Positions 27,736 to 37,251 of a stretch of 64,000 nucleotides of DNA are shown here, one piece after another. How positions within the stretch are numbered: the stretch's first letter is position 1; each line of letters starts with the position of its first letter. The notes beneath the pieces are model-generated. The model was not told where the DNA came from. It worked only from the letters and a program-made list of their open reading frames with translations, and made no database searches. Where the stretch lies: assembly GCA_964422795.1 (NCBI GenBank), contig CAYRCL010000010.1:8765-72764 (forward strand). Direction: 5' to 3'. This stretch comes from an uncultured Chloroflexota bacterium. GTDB lineage: Bacteria > Chloroflexota > UBA11872. Position numbers and translations under genes: made by a program.

Positions 27736-28701
27736 ATGCGGGTCATTTTCTTTGGCACACCGGAGTTCGCGGTCCCGCCGTTAAGGCAGTTGGCGGAAGG
27801 GCACGATGTCGCGTTGGTGGTGACTCGACCAGACCGGGCTGTCGGGCGTCGTGGCCAGGTTGTATCTCCGTCCGTAGCTACTGTTGCACGCGAGCTCAAT
27901 CTTGATCTATTTCAACCCCCGAATCCAAATCGTCCGTCTGCGCTCGAAACGATTGCTTCGTATGGCGCTGAGGTTCTTGTTGTCGTGGCATATGGTCGTT
28001 TGTTAGGCGCGAGACTAATGGAGGTTGCTCCTCGCGGCGGAGTTAATGCGCATCCTTCACTACTACCTGCATATAGAGGAGCTTCGCCGATTCAGGCCGC
28101 CATTGCTGCGGGCGATAAGGAGACCGGGGTCAGCCTCATCCGTCTTGTTGAAGCAGTTGATGCTGGACCAATTATTGCGAATGAGACTACGTCGATTAGG
28201 CCACATGAGAAGGCTTCTGACGTTCGTGAACGTCTCGCTCAAATCACCTCGGACTTACTTGCGCGGGAGCTTCCTCGTTGGTTTAGGGGTGAAATTGGTG
28301 AACGTGTTCAGGACGAACGCTCGGCTAGCCTTACCCGTCCACTGGAGCGTGTTGATGCCGAATTTGACTTGCGTCGCCCTGCATCGGAGCTGTACGACCG
28401 ATGGCGCGCCTTTCATCCATGGCCTGGTGCACAAGTTAGTGCGGGACGTGTCACATGCAAATTATTGGAATTGACGCTCGTTCCAGAGAATCGAGGAACG
28501 GGAAACGTGTGCTTGCGTGATGACCTTCTGGTAATTGGATGTGGGAGTGGATCGCTTGGAGTTAGCTATATCCAGCCGGCCGGACGTACTCCGATGCGTG
28601 GTTCCGATTTTGCTCGTGGTTATACCCCGTTGCTTGACTTACAGTGGGGGCATCCTTTTCCTAACTCCATGCCTCCTATTAGCGAACGGTCAAACGACTA
28701 A
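27736..28701 (+). CDS. fmt: methionyl-tRNA formyltransferase
   Basis: MRVIFFGTPEFAVP, HPSLLPAYRGASPIQ, follows def. Confidence 0.93.
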   Translation: MRVIFFGTPEFAVPPLRQLAEGHDVALVVTRPDRAVGRRGQVVSPSVATVARELNLDLFQPPNPNRPSALETIASYGAEVLVVVAYGRLLGARLMEVAPRGGVNAHPSLLPAYRGASPIQAAIAAGDKETGVSLIRLVEAVDAGPIIANETTSIRPHEKASDVRERLAQITSDLLARELPRWFRGEIGERVQDERSASLTRPLERVDAEFDLRRPASELYDRWRAFHPWPGAQVSAGRVTCKLLELTLVPENRGTGNVCLRDDLLVIGCGSGSLGVSYIQPAGRTPMRGSDFARGYTPLLDLQWGHPFPNSMPPISERSND

Positions 28702-28770
28702 TGCGCCATTATGTGGATGTGTCCGGTGCTAGGCTTCACTCAGCGTCTCGGTGGGCTATGAGATGTCCAC

Positions 28771-29511
28771 ATGGAGGATTTACCAGCAGTGTTTATCCCA
28801 TTCTTTGACCCCCTTTATTTGTTGCTTATCGCACCGGCTTTCATCCTTGCGATGTGGGCGCAGAATCGAGTTAAATCGACTTATCACAAGTACTCGCAGG
28901 TAGGGTCTAGTGCTGGGATTCCTGCCCACTTGGCTGCACGTCGTCTGCTTGACGCGGTGGGTTTGACGAATGTTGAGGTAAAGCGTGTTCCGGGCGAGCT
29001 CTCGGACCATTATGACCCTAAGCAAAAGGTTTTACGTCTTTCTGATGGTGTCTTCGATAGTTCCTCGCTCGCGGCTGTGGCGATCGCTGCGCATGAGGCT
29101 GGCCATGCTATGCAAGACGAAATCAAATATCCATTTCTCATGTTGAGGACAGCTATGGTGCCAATCACATCATTTGGTTCTCGCTTCGGATATTTCATGC
29201 TGATAGGCGGATTTCTTTTGGCCGTTTTCACGGGCGTTAGTCCGATTGGTCTAACAATTGCGTGGATTGGGTTAGGGCTTTTCAGCACGGCCTTTGTGTT
29301 TGCGTTGATTACTTTGCCGGTCGAGTTTGATGCGAGCCGACGTGCGGTGGGTCTGATGGAACAGGCGGGCCTGGTTACTGGGGCGGAGGGCGTGCATGCC
29401 AAGAAGGTGCTCGACGCAGCAGCGTTGACATATATCGCGGCAATGTTTGTGGCTCTGATGCAGGTCCTCTACTTTGCTTTACGACTGCTTGCCTTGTCGG
29501 GTCGACGTTAG
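28771..29511 (+). CDS. YugP-type putative neutral zinc metallopeptidase
   Basis: 246 aa membrane protein with HEAGHAMQD and a family-typical N-terminus (FDPLYLLLIAPAFILAMWAQNRVKSTYHKYS). Confidence 0.8.
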   Translation: MEDLPAVFIPFFDPLYLLLIAPAFILAMWAQNRVKSTYHKYSQVGSSAGIPAHLAARRLLDAVGLTNVEVKRVPGELSDHYDPKQKVLRLSDGVFDSSSLAAVAIAAHEAGHAMQDEIKYPFLMLRTAMVPITSFGSRFGYFMLIGGFLLAVFTGVSPIGLTIAWIGLGLFSTAFVFALITLPVEFDASRRAVGLMEQAGLVTGAEGVHAKKVLDAAALTYIAAMFVALMQVLYFALRLLALSGRR

Positions 29512-30670
29512 CTCTTCGTTGCGACGTTTGTCTGAAGATGAGCAAGGCCATCGACCTGTTTCCGAAGCTTCGTTCGATGATATTCGAGGAGTGCTCGGAG
29601 ATGTGCCGGTGTATCGAGTGGAGCAGGTTCGTCATGCCGTTTATCGAACGCCGACTACGACGTTCGATAAAATCCAGACACTGCCTGCGACCATGCGGGT
29701 GCTGTTGGGTCGTCAATTTAGTTATGAGGCTCTTGAGACGGTCCGATCCGAAATGTCACAGGACGGCACTCAGAAGACGCTATTTCGAGCAAGTGATGGA
29801 GCTGTAGTAGAGACGGTCCAGATGCTGACGGAGCGTTCGGACTCGACTACCATCTGCCTTAGCTCGCAGTCGGGATGTGGTATGGGTTGTCGGTTTTGTG
29901 CGACCGGAGATATCGGGCTTACCCGTAATCTCACAGCAGGAGAGATTGTTGACCAATTCTTGTATTTCCGGAGGAGATCAAAGGCGTCGCGCGTGCCCGA
30001 TCGGGCTGTCTTTATGGGAATGGGGGAGCCGCTTGCAAATCTCAGTGCACTGGAGCCTGCGGTGCGGGCATTGGTTGATCCGAGCCGAGTCGGTCTTGGT
30101 GCACGACGGGTAACTATCTCTACGGTGGGGTTGCCGAAAGGGATCGATGCTCTGGTCGATTGGAATTTGCCAGTCGGTCTAGCGATCTCACTCCATGCGC
30201 CTGTAGATGACCTGAGAGCCACGCTTGTACCTATTGCAAAGCGCTTTCCCCTCGATGAATTGATGGCGGTAAGTTCACGATTCCAGCGGCGTGTGCGCAG
30301 GCGAGTTACATACGAATATACGATGCTTGATGGCGTAAATGATTCGGTAGGACAGGCTGTTGATCTAGCGGTCTTGCTGCGGGGACAGCGATGCCACGTC
30401 AATCTGTTCCCGTTCAATCCGTATCCTGGTTCCTTGTATCGGACAACTCCCCGTCTTCGGTTGCGCGCTTTTCGAGATGCTCTCCACGCGCAAGGGGTGA
30501 GAGCTACGATCCGACGGACTCGTGGACGAGACATTTCGGGTGCATGTGGCCAACTCCACGCTGGCGTACTTGCGAGTCCGCGCGCACCAGGTGCGATGGG
30601 TAAACCGAAAACAAATTCTTTGGATACTCGGAACGACATCTCTGGGAAGGCAAGATCCGGAAAAATATGA
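29474..30670 (+). CDS. rlmN: 23S rRNA/tRNA (adenine-C2)-methyltransferase RlmN (radical SAM)
   Basis: CLSSQSGCGMGCRFCATG radical-SAM cluster motif and MGMGEPLAN. Start uncertain: TTG 29474 overlaps the upstream gene, and TTG 29519 or 29528 are alternatives. Confidence 0.88.
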   Translation: MLYDCLPCRVDVSSSLRRLSEDEQGHRPVSEASFDDIRGVLGDVPVYRVEQVRHAVYRTPTTTFDKIQTLPATMRVLLGRQFSYEALETVRSEMSQDGTQKTLFRASDGAVVETVQMLTERSDSTTICLSSQSGCGMGCRFCATGDIGLTRNLTAGEIVDQFLYFRRRSKASRVPDRAVFMGMGEPLANLSALEPAVRALVDPSRVGLGARRVTISTVGLPKGIDALVDWNLPVGLAISLHAPVDDLRATLVPIAKRFPLDELMAVSSRFQRRVRRRVTYEYTMLDGVNDSVGQAVDLAVLLRGQRCHVNLFPFNPYPGSLYRTTPRLRLRAFRDALHAQGVRATIRRTRGRDISGACGQLHAGVLASPRAPGAMGKPKTNSLDTRNDISGKARSGKI

Positions 30671-30964
30671 GGTGGAAATCGATGGGGCGAGGCGGAGATT
30701 GATCAATAGAGGGGTTGCTTGTCGCGGAGTGCGTCCAGTCCGGGTCATAACCGGCTCTTAAGATCTTGGTGCCAGACTGTACGCTGGATTCTGCTTGTTA
30801 CGTGTTCTGGATTGAAAGGGGCACCTACTCTGTTTGAAGGATGATATTTGCCTTCGGTGCTTGCTTAACCTAGTACAGCTTTCGACAACATTTCTCAATC
30901 CAACAACGGTCCACATTGTTGTCTAAGTGTTGCATGACGTTATTTCTCATGTTTCACGATAGGG

Positions 30965-30981
30965 TTCGGCTATGAGCCGAA
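30965..30981 (+). repeat. perfect 7-bp hairpin TTCGGCT-ATG-AGCCGAA followed by TTTGGCTTGTTT
   Basis: Read directly from the sequence in the long rlmN-rpe spacer. It looks like a terminator but sits about 300 nt after the rlmN stop. Confidence 0.4.
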
Positions 30982-31156
30982 TTTGGCTTGTTTCAAGTCG
31001 CGTGTGTGATCGTTATGGTGGGTGACTCGTGCCATCCGTTCTAGTGTGAGAGTTGTATGGTTCTGGTTCCTGTCGGTCGCGGTTGGTTTCATGACGAGAC
31101 AATGATTGAGGGGATTCCGTGTGGAGTCGTGCGGAGATGCGTTGGGGGAGTTGCTT

Positions 31157-31822
31157 ATGAGTGATGTACGAATTGCGCCTTCGATTCTGTCCGCTGATTT
31201 TGCTGTTCTTGGTCAGCAAGTTCGAGAGGCTGAGGCTGCTGGTGCAGATTGGATCCATATTGACGTGATGGATGGGCATTTTGTTCCGACGATTAGTTTT
31301 GGTGTGCCCATAGTGAGTAGTTTGAGGAGGATCACTTCGTTGCCGTTAGACGTCCATTTGATGATTGATCCCGTGGATGCTCATATAAAAACCTTCGCAG
31401 ATGCTGGTGCTGACTCCATAACTGTGCATGTAGAGGCTACTGAGAATCCCGCTCGTACACTCGATACTATTCGAAAGTGCGGTGTTCGGCCCGGTCTTAC
31501 TTTACGCCCCGGAACACCAGAGAGCTCGGTGCTGCCCTACCTTGAAATAGTAGATGTTTTGCTGGTTATGACAGTCGAGCCTGGATTGGCTGGCCAGACG
31601 TTCATACCGAGTATGCTGTCTAGAATCGCAAGGCTTTCCGAAATATTTCATGCCCACAGCGGCGAACGATTCCTTGCTGTTGATGGGGGTCTAAATCAAT
31701 CCACTATTGAGTCTGCAGTGGACGTTGGCGCTCAGGTGATAGTGGCCGGTTCATCAATTTTTTCTGCGCCGGATGGCATCGCGAGTGCTATTAAGCGTTT
31801 TCAGACGTTGGCTAGGGCTTAG
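31157..31822 (+). CDS. rpe: ribulose-phosphate 3-epimerase
   Basis: IAPSILSADFAVLGQQV, HIDVMDGHFVP, VMTVEPG. ATG 31157 with GGGGGAG 6 nt upstream. Confidence 0.93.
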   Translation: MSDVRIAPSILSADFAVLGQQVREAEAAGADWIHIDVMDGHFVPTISFGVPIVSSLRRITSLPLDVHLMIDPVDAHIKTFADAGADSITVHVEATENPARTLDTIRKCGVRPGLTLRPGTPESSVLPYLEIVDVLLVMTVEPGLAGQTFIPSMLSRIARLSEIFHAHSGERFLAVDGGLNQSTIESAVDVGAQVIVAGSSIFSAPDGIASAIKRFQTLARA

Positions 31823-32025
31823 TCAGCGCGATCCAATGTCCGCATGCATCGGGTGCAGATGTTTATCCGACGGTAACGGCCTTTGATCAACAGGCGCTTA
31901 CGCTGGACGTTGACGGCCCACACTTTTGGTTTGCGTGGAGCTTTACGCTCCCAGCGACCGGATGCAGTGTGGCGGATATGTCGACCAAACTGCGGTCCAA
32001 CGTCGCATACTTCACACCGGGCCAA
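31819..32025 (-). CDS. rpmB: 50S ribosomal protein L28
   Basis: Only the last 68 codons of track ORF 31819-32313 look real: (M)ARCEVCDVGPQFGRHIRH...INICTRCMR matches L28 (C..CGKGP.FG...SH...CT.C). TTG 32023-32025 has AGGTG 5 nt upstream. The stop codon overlaps the rpe stop on the other strand (cTTAGt). Confidence 0.8.
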   Translation of the reverse strand: MARCEVCDVGPQFGRHIRHTASGRWERKAPRKPKVWAVNVQRKRLLIKGRYRRINICTRCMRTLDRAD

Positions 32026-32145
32026 TGGCGCACCTAACCTCGTTGACGCAGTTTCGGGGACGTTCCTAATATCAGATGGCAATCGTAGCACTGTTGAAGG
32101 TGGCCTGAACTGAATATTGAGGATCGTGATGCAGATGCACGGATA

Positions 32146-33747
32146 GTGCTGTCGGGGCGCGAATTCACGAATGCTGTCGAGTTCGGCCTGCGCTGGCTTG
32201 AAGTTAACGCCGATGTTATCGATCGACTCAATGTGTATCCGGTCCCTGACGGTGATACCGGGACCAACATGGTTCTTACCCTGAGTGCAGCGATGAAAGA
32301 TGTTTCTAACCATCCATCAGATGATGTCGGCGTCGTTGCTGCGGATATTTCGCGTGGTGCGCTCCTTGGTGCGCGGGGAAATTCCGGTGTGATTCTTTCT
32401 CAAATTCTTAGAGGTTTTGCGGAGGCTCTCGAAGGACGTTCGAGATTGGGTGTCGTCGAATTTGCCGAGGCGCTTAAGTGTGCCTATGAAGTGGGCTACA
32501 GAGCTGTGACTCATCCGGTTGAGGGGACGATACTTACGGTAGCTCGTGATGCCAGTATTTCAGCAACTTCCGTCTTAACCGACGTTCGTACTGTTGAGGA
32601 ACTGCTTGCTCAGGTGGTGGAGGCGACGCGGCGATCGGTTGCAAACACGCCGAATCAACTACCGGTGCTTGCGGAAGCTGGTGTCGTCGATGCTGGGGGA
32701 CAAGGTTTGCATGTGGTTTACGAAGGCATGCTGCGATATATGCGTGGTGAGCCGATGCCGGAGATGGTTAGTGAGGACAGAGTAAAGGACACCTTTGCGG
32801 CATTTGCTGAGGCTCACCAATCGGATGAGCATGGCTACTGTACGGAATTTGTGATTCATGGAAAACAGCTCAATGTTGAAGCTCTTCAAAACGAACTTGG
32901 ACTGTTTGGTGGGTCGCTGTTAGTCGTAGGTGATAAAGAAGTTGTACGTGTGCACGTGCACACCGAGTGCCCGGGCGATGTAGTTAATGCGGCTTTGCTT
33001 CATGGCCAGATCGATCAATTAACTGCTAACAACATGGATCGTCAGCAGGCCAGTAATTTCTCTGAAGTCCTTGCTGGAAATGGAGATGAGCGATCAGGGA
33101 ATGGTGTCGTCGCAGTCGTAAATGGTCAGGGTTTGGAAGAGGTCTTTCGAAGTTTAGGGGCTGACGTTGTATATGGCGGCCAGAGTATGAACCCGAGTGT
33201 TGGCGATCTTCTCGAAGCGATCGATCGAGTTTCAGGCGAGTGGGCCATACTTTTGCCCAACAATACGAACATACTGTTAACGGCTCAACAAGCTGCTGAG
33301 AAGGCAGATAAAGATGTTCGGGTCGTTCCGACTCGCACCATAGTCCAGGGTGTGGGGGCGGTGGTGGCATTCAATCCGACGGGGCCTTTCGAATCCAATG
33401 TGGACGTGATGAAGGCTGCAGCTGACGAGATAATAACCATCGAAATTACGCAGGCGGTTCGTGACAGTGTTGTTGATGGGATTAGCATTAGCCAGGGCGA
33501 ATACATCGGGTTGCTTGAAAACGATCTTGTCGAGCATGGTGCGGATCTCAACTCCGTCGTCATGGATGTTGTTGCGAGATTGCGGGATGGTGACTATGAC
33601 ATCATCACCATCTACTCGGGAAGCAAAACATCGAGTGAGACAGTTGAGGATCTGACGGCTTCCATCGCGGCTCGATATCCCCGTCTCGATGTTGAGACCA
33701 TAGTGGGTGGTCAAGAACACTTCGACTATGTCATCTCCGTGGAATAG
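32146..33747 (+). CDS. yloV: DAK2 domain fusion protein YloV
   Basis: 533 aa. LNVYPVPDGDTGTNM signature. Divergent from rpmB and upstream of recG, as in Firmicutes. Confidence 0.88.
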   Translation: MLSGREFTNAVEFGLRWLEVNADVIDRLNVYPVPDGDTGTNMVLTLSAAMKDVSNHPSDDVGVVAADISRGALLGARGNSGVILSQILRGFAEALEGRSRLGVVEFAEALKCAYEVGYRAVTHPVEGTILTVARDASISATSVLTDVRTVEELLAQVVEATRRSVANTPNQLPVLAEAGVVDAGGQGLHVVYEGMLRYMRGEPMPEMVSEDRVKDTFAAFAEAHQSDEHGYCTEFVIHGKQLNVEALQNELGLFGGSLLVVGDKEVVRVHVHTECPGDVVNAALLHGQIDQLTANNMDRQQASNFSEVLAGNGDERSGNGVVAVVNGQGLEEVFRSLGADVVYGGQSMNPSVGDLLEAIDRVSGEWAILLPNNTNILLTAQQAAEKADKDVRVVPTRTIVQGVGAVVAFNPTGPFESNVDVMKAAADEIITIEITQAVRDSVVDGISISQGEYIGLLENDLVEHGADLNSVVMDVVARLRDGDYDIITIYSGSKTSSETVEDLTASIAARYPRLDVETIVGGQEHFDYVISVE

Positions 33748-33762
33748 CGGATCTCGGAGCTT

Positions 33763-36078
33763 ATGGCTGCTGATTTCAAGTTAACGCCGGACCAGATAAT
33801 TGAGATTCGTAGGATCCTTGAGGCGGAAGAGAGAACTGGATACGACGACTCGGCATCGCCGGATGGTCTCTCTGACTGGGTTTTACAGCGAAAGCATGCA
33901 GTAAGTGAGCTTGCCCAATTGGCGCAATATTCTCGATTACGTCCACATACTCGCGCGCACTTGGCGCGCGGCTTTATCGAGAAACTCACCGGCAACGTTT
34001 TGCCGACCCCGATCGAATCGGCAGGAGTGGAAAATGTGCCGGTTGATGTGTTGCCCGGTGTAGGTGCTACGGCGAGCAAGCGTCTTGCGGTGCTTGGGAT
34101 AACGACAGTCGGCGAACTGTTGCGCCATCGACCACGGCGCTATATCGACCGCTCGAGTGTGGTTAGCATCGCGGATGCGTCGATTGACGGGGAAGTCACG
34201 GTTGTTGGGGACGTTATCAACATTACGGTTCGACCGGCTCGGTCAGGGCGTGTTCGTGTTGTTGAGGCGGTGGTCGAAGACCAAACCGGACGTATGTCTG
34301 CCGTCTGGTTCAACCAGTCCTATCTGACGCGGACGCTTAAAGGACGGCGCAACGTCGCGTTTGCTGGACGCTTGGAAATAGGCCCCCGTGGCCGTCACAT
34401 CACAAGTCCGGAGTATGAGTTGGATCTTGGACGCATGATTCATGCTGGTCGACTTGTGCCGGTCTATCCGCTCACAAAAGGTATTTCTCAGCGCCAGATT
34501 CGACGGTGGATTGCGATGGCGGTCGAAGACTATGCGGAGTTAGAGCCGGATACGCTTAGTGACGATCTCCGTGGGCGACATGGGTTACCTGACGTCGTAA
34601 CTGCTATTCGGAACCTGCACTTCCCGCCTAGCCTTGATGCTGCAGAGGTTGCGGGACGACGTTTCGCATTCTCGGAATTGCTTGTGTATCAACTTGCGAT
34701 TATGCGGCATAGGCACGCCTGGCGAGACAGGGATCCCGGTCGTAGTGTCCAAATTAGCGGTCGTGTTCTCGCAGCTTTTGGTGAACGACTACCATTTGAA
34801 TTGACCAATGACCAACGCACAGCCCTAGCTGAAATCCTGACTGATCTCCAGCGTGACCGTCCGATGAGCCGTCTTCTTCAAGGTGATGTGGGGTCGGGAA
34901 AGACGGCAGTAGCAGCCGGTGCGCTATACGCGGTCGTTGGAGATGGTTGGCAGGGCGCTATGTTGGCTCCAACCGAGATCTTGGCCGAGCAGCATGTTGC
35001 CACTTTGCGTGAGCTTTTAAATCCGCTGGGAGTGCGTGTGGAACTGGTGACCGGTGGAACTTCTTCTGGGGATAAGCGAAGTATTTGGAAAGACGTCGAA
35101 CGCGGGGCTGTCAATGTTGTTGTGGGAACTCACGCGATAATCCAGCGCAGCGCTCGATTTGCTCGTTTGAATCTTGCAATTGTAGATGAGCAACATCGAT
35201 TTGGGGTCCAACAGCGAAACGAGATCCGATCCAAGGGGTATAACCCACACCTTCTTGCGATGACAGCTACGCCTATTCCTAGAACGCTAGCCTTGACGGT
35301 GTACGGGGATTTGGACGTTAGTGTGTTGCACGAACTACCCGGGGAGCGCAAACCCGTTAAGACGTCGTTTATACCTGTTGATCGGAGGGATGATGCATAC
35401 AGCTTTATCAAGAGAGAACTCGCTGCTGGTCGACAAGCATTCATTGTTTTTCCATTGATCGATGAGTCAGATGCGTTGAATGCGCGGGCTGCCAAAGACG
35501 AATTCTCGCGGCTTTCTCGCGATGTATTTGTCGGACAAGGAGAGAGTGTTGGTTTGCTTCACGGACGGATGAGTGCGGCAGAAAAAGAGACCAGCATGCG
35601 GGAATTCCGTGATGGGAAAACCAAGGTTTTGGTGAGTACAGCGGTGGTCGAGGTTGGAATTGATGTGCCTAATGCGACGGTTGTCTTGATCGAAGGTGCT
35701 GAACGCTTCGGTCTTGCACAGCTTCATCAGCTGCGTGGCCGGGTTGGCCGGGCACACCATCGCTCGTACTGTCTGCTAATGAGTCAGACGACTGACACGT
35801 CTGAAAATGCGCGACTTCGGACTCTTCAGACTGTGAGTGATGGCTTCATGCTGGCCGAACGCGATCTCGAGCTTCGGGGACCTGGAGATGTGATTGGAAC
35901 TAGACAAAGCGGCGAGCTGGGGTTTCGGTTTGCGAAAGTGACCGATATAGAGACCATACAGAAGGCACGTATTGATGCTGAGACACTCGTTCGTACCGAT
36001 CCAGACTTGTTGTTGCCAGAACACACGACGTTGGCACGAGATGTGGATGGATTGCTAGATAAAAATGAGTGGAGCTGA
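33763..36078 (+). CDS. recG: ATP-dependent DNA helicase RecG
   Basis: GDVGSGKT, DEQHRFG, TATPIPRT, QLRGRVGR all present. About 95 residues precede the usual LPGVG...PRRYIDRS N-terminal region, so an internal start cannot be excluded. Confidence 0.9.
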   Translation: MAADFKLTPDQIIEIRRILEAEERTGYDDSASPDGLSDWVLQRKHAVSELAQLAQYSRLRPHTRAHLARGFIEKLTGNVLPTPIESAGVENVPVDVLPGVGATASKRLAVLGITTVGELLRHRPRRYIDRSSVVSIADASIDGEVTVVGDVINITVRPARSGRVRVVEAVVEDQTGRMSAVWFNQSYLTRTLKGRRNVAFAGRLEIGPRGRHITSPEYELDLGRMIHAGRLVPVYPLTKGISQRQIRRWIAMAVEDYAELEPDTLSDDLRGRHGLPDVVTAIRNLHFPPSLDAAEVAGRRFAFSELLVYQLAIMRHRHAWRDRDPGRSVQISGRVLAAFGERLPFELTNDQRTALAEILTDLQRDRPMSRLLQGDVGSGKTAVAAGALYAVVGDGWQGAMLAPTEILAEQHVATLRELLNPLGVRVELVTGGTSSGDKRSIWKDVERGAVNVVVGTHAIIQRSARFARLNLAIVDEQHRFGVQQRNEIRSKGYNPHLLAMTATPIPRTLALTVYGDLDVSVLHELPGERKPVKTSFIPVDRRDDAYSFIKRELAAGRQAFIVFPLIDESDALNARAAKDEFSRLSRDVFVGQGESVGLLHGRMSAAEKETSMREFRDGKTKVLVSTAVVEVGIDVPNATVVLIEGAERFGLAQLHQLRGRVGRAHHRSYCLLMSQTTDTSENARLRTLQTVSDGFMLAERDLELRGPGDVIGTRQSGELGFRFAKVTDIETIQKARIDAETLVRTDPDLLLPEHTTLARDVDGLLDKNEWS

Positions 36079-36659
36079 GACCGAAGATGGCAATCCGTAG
36101 TCGTTTTCTAAGGATTGCGGCTGGTGTGCACCGTGGACGACGATTACGTGTTCCTTCGGGTATCCGACCCACGACAGAACGAGTCCGTGCCGCGATATTT
36201 GATGCACTACAGAGGCCTATGCCGGAACGGGTTCTTGATCTTTACGCGGGATCGGGAGCTTTGGGGATTGAAGCGCTAAGCCGTGGTGCTGGACAAGTTT
36301 GCTTTGTTGAACGTGACCGTGTCGCCGCCGCTACGATTCGTGCGAACATCTCAGATCTTGCTGCAGATGTTGGTTCAAAGGTGATTGTTGGAGATGTACG
36401 GCGAGTAGACTTGAGTCGAGAGGGTCCTTTCGATCTTGTGTTTGCTGATCCGCCGTACGCTTCAGATCAATGGGCTTTGTTGTTCGAACTCTTGGGGTCT
36501 TCAAGAGTTTTGGTGGCTGGAGCCGTTCTTGTGGCTGAGATGAGTAGTCGCCGGCAGGTGCCCACGGCCCCGAACGGATGGCATTGTTGGAAGGAACGAC
36601 GGCATGGTGACACTGTGTTTGCCTTCTTTGTGTATGACGCGACGCCCATCTGCGCATAG
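36069..36659 (+). CDS. rsmD: 16S rRNA (guanine966-N2)-methyltransferase RsmD
   Basis: LDLYAGSGALGIEALSRGA and FADPPY motifs. ATG 36087 is an alternative start. Confidence 0.85.
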   Translation: MELRPKMAIRSRFLRIAAGVHRGRRLRVPSGIRPTTERVRAAIFDALQRPMPERVLDLYAGSGALGIEALSRGAGQVCFVERDRVAAATIRANISDLAADVGSKVIVGDVRRVDLSREGPFDLVFADPPYASDQWALLFELLGSSRVLVAGAVLVAEMSSRRQVPTAPNGWHCWKERRHGDTVFAFFVYDATPICA

Positions 36660-36754
36660 GAACCAGACCGCCCTAAGGCTTCGTCTTTGTCGACCCAGTG
36701 ATTCTGTTTCGGATGGGTCGTTATAATGCTTCAGGTTTTGCCCGAGGTTTAAGG

Positions 36755-37249
36755 ATGCGTGCGCTATTTCCCGCTTCCTTTGATCCGGTTACGAATGGTC
36801 ACATGGATGTATTGAGTCGTGCCGCTCGGGTCTTTGATACGGTTGTGGCGGGCGTTTACGAGAATTCATCTGGTGAGACACTTTTTAGTGCTGATGAACG
36901 GCTTGAGTTACTCGGCACGGCTGTGGAATCAATTGGGACGGTTGAAGCAGTGGCCTATTCTGGATTGACTGTTGATTTTGCGCGTGAGATTGGTGCTCGT
37001 GTGTTGGTGCGCGGCCTAAGAGCCGTGTCAGACTTTGAGCACGAATTTGCACTCTCAGCGATGAACCGTCGACTGCATCCTGATATAGACACTATGTTTT
37101 TTCTCTCAGCTCCGGAACATGCTTTCGTTAGCTCATCACTTATTCGTGAAATTGGAGCAATGGGGCGATCGGTGGAGCCGTTTGTCCCGGCTAGCGTCGC
37201 TGTGGCGCTCCGTTCAAAGTTCTGTAATCACAAGATCGGGGGTAGTTAG
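36755..37249 (+). CDS. coaD: phosphopantetheine adenylyltransferase
   Basis: MRALFPASFDPVTNGHMDV (T/H-x-GH motif) and SSSLIREI. ATG 36755 is preceded by GAGGT. Confidence 0.93.
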   Translation: MRALFPASFDPVTNGHMDVLSRAARVFDTVVAGVYENSSGETLFSADERLELLGTAVESIGTVEAVAYSGLTVDFAREIGARVLVRGLRAVSDFEHEFALSAMNRRLHPDIDTMFFLSAPEHAFVSSSLIREIGAMGRSVEPFVPASVAVALRSKFCNHKIGGS

Positions 37250-37251
37250 TC

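Noticed and set aside
29770-30639. 289-aa ORF on the minus strand
   Set aside because: It is antisense to rlmN, whose radical-SAM motifs are unambiguous. The Arg/Ser/Pro-rich composition is shadow-ORF-like. The same reasoning applies to 58697-59380 (antisense to nuoG), 14354-14962 (antisense to CorC-2) and 6410-7105 (antisense to the SDR).
30671-31156. Long spacer as RNase P RNA, tmRNA, SRP RNA or 6S RNA
   Set aside because: It lacks the universally conserved strings (GAGGAAAGTCC for RNase P, the tRNA-like GGTTCGA...CCACCA end of tmRNA, the GGAAGCAGCC-type SRP domain IV). 6S cannot be excluded by eye.
31819-32313. 164-aa ORF as a single gene
   Set aside because: Only the C-terminal 68 codons match ribosomal protein L28. 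The upstream 96 codons have no similarity and would remove the divergent promoter region with yloV. Called as rpmB 31819-32025 instead.
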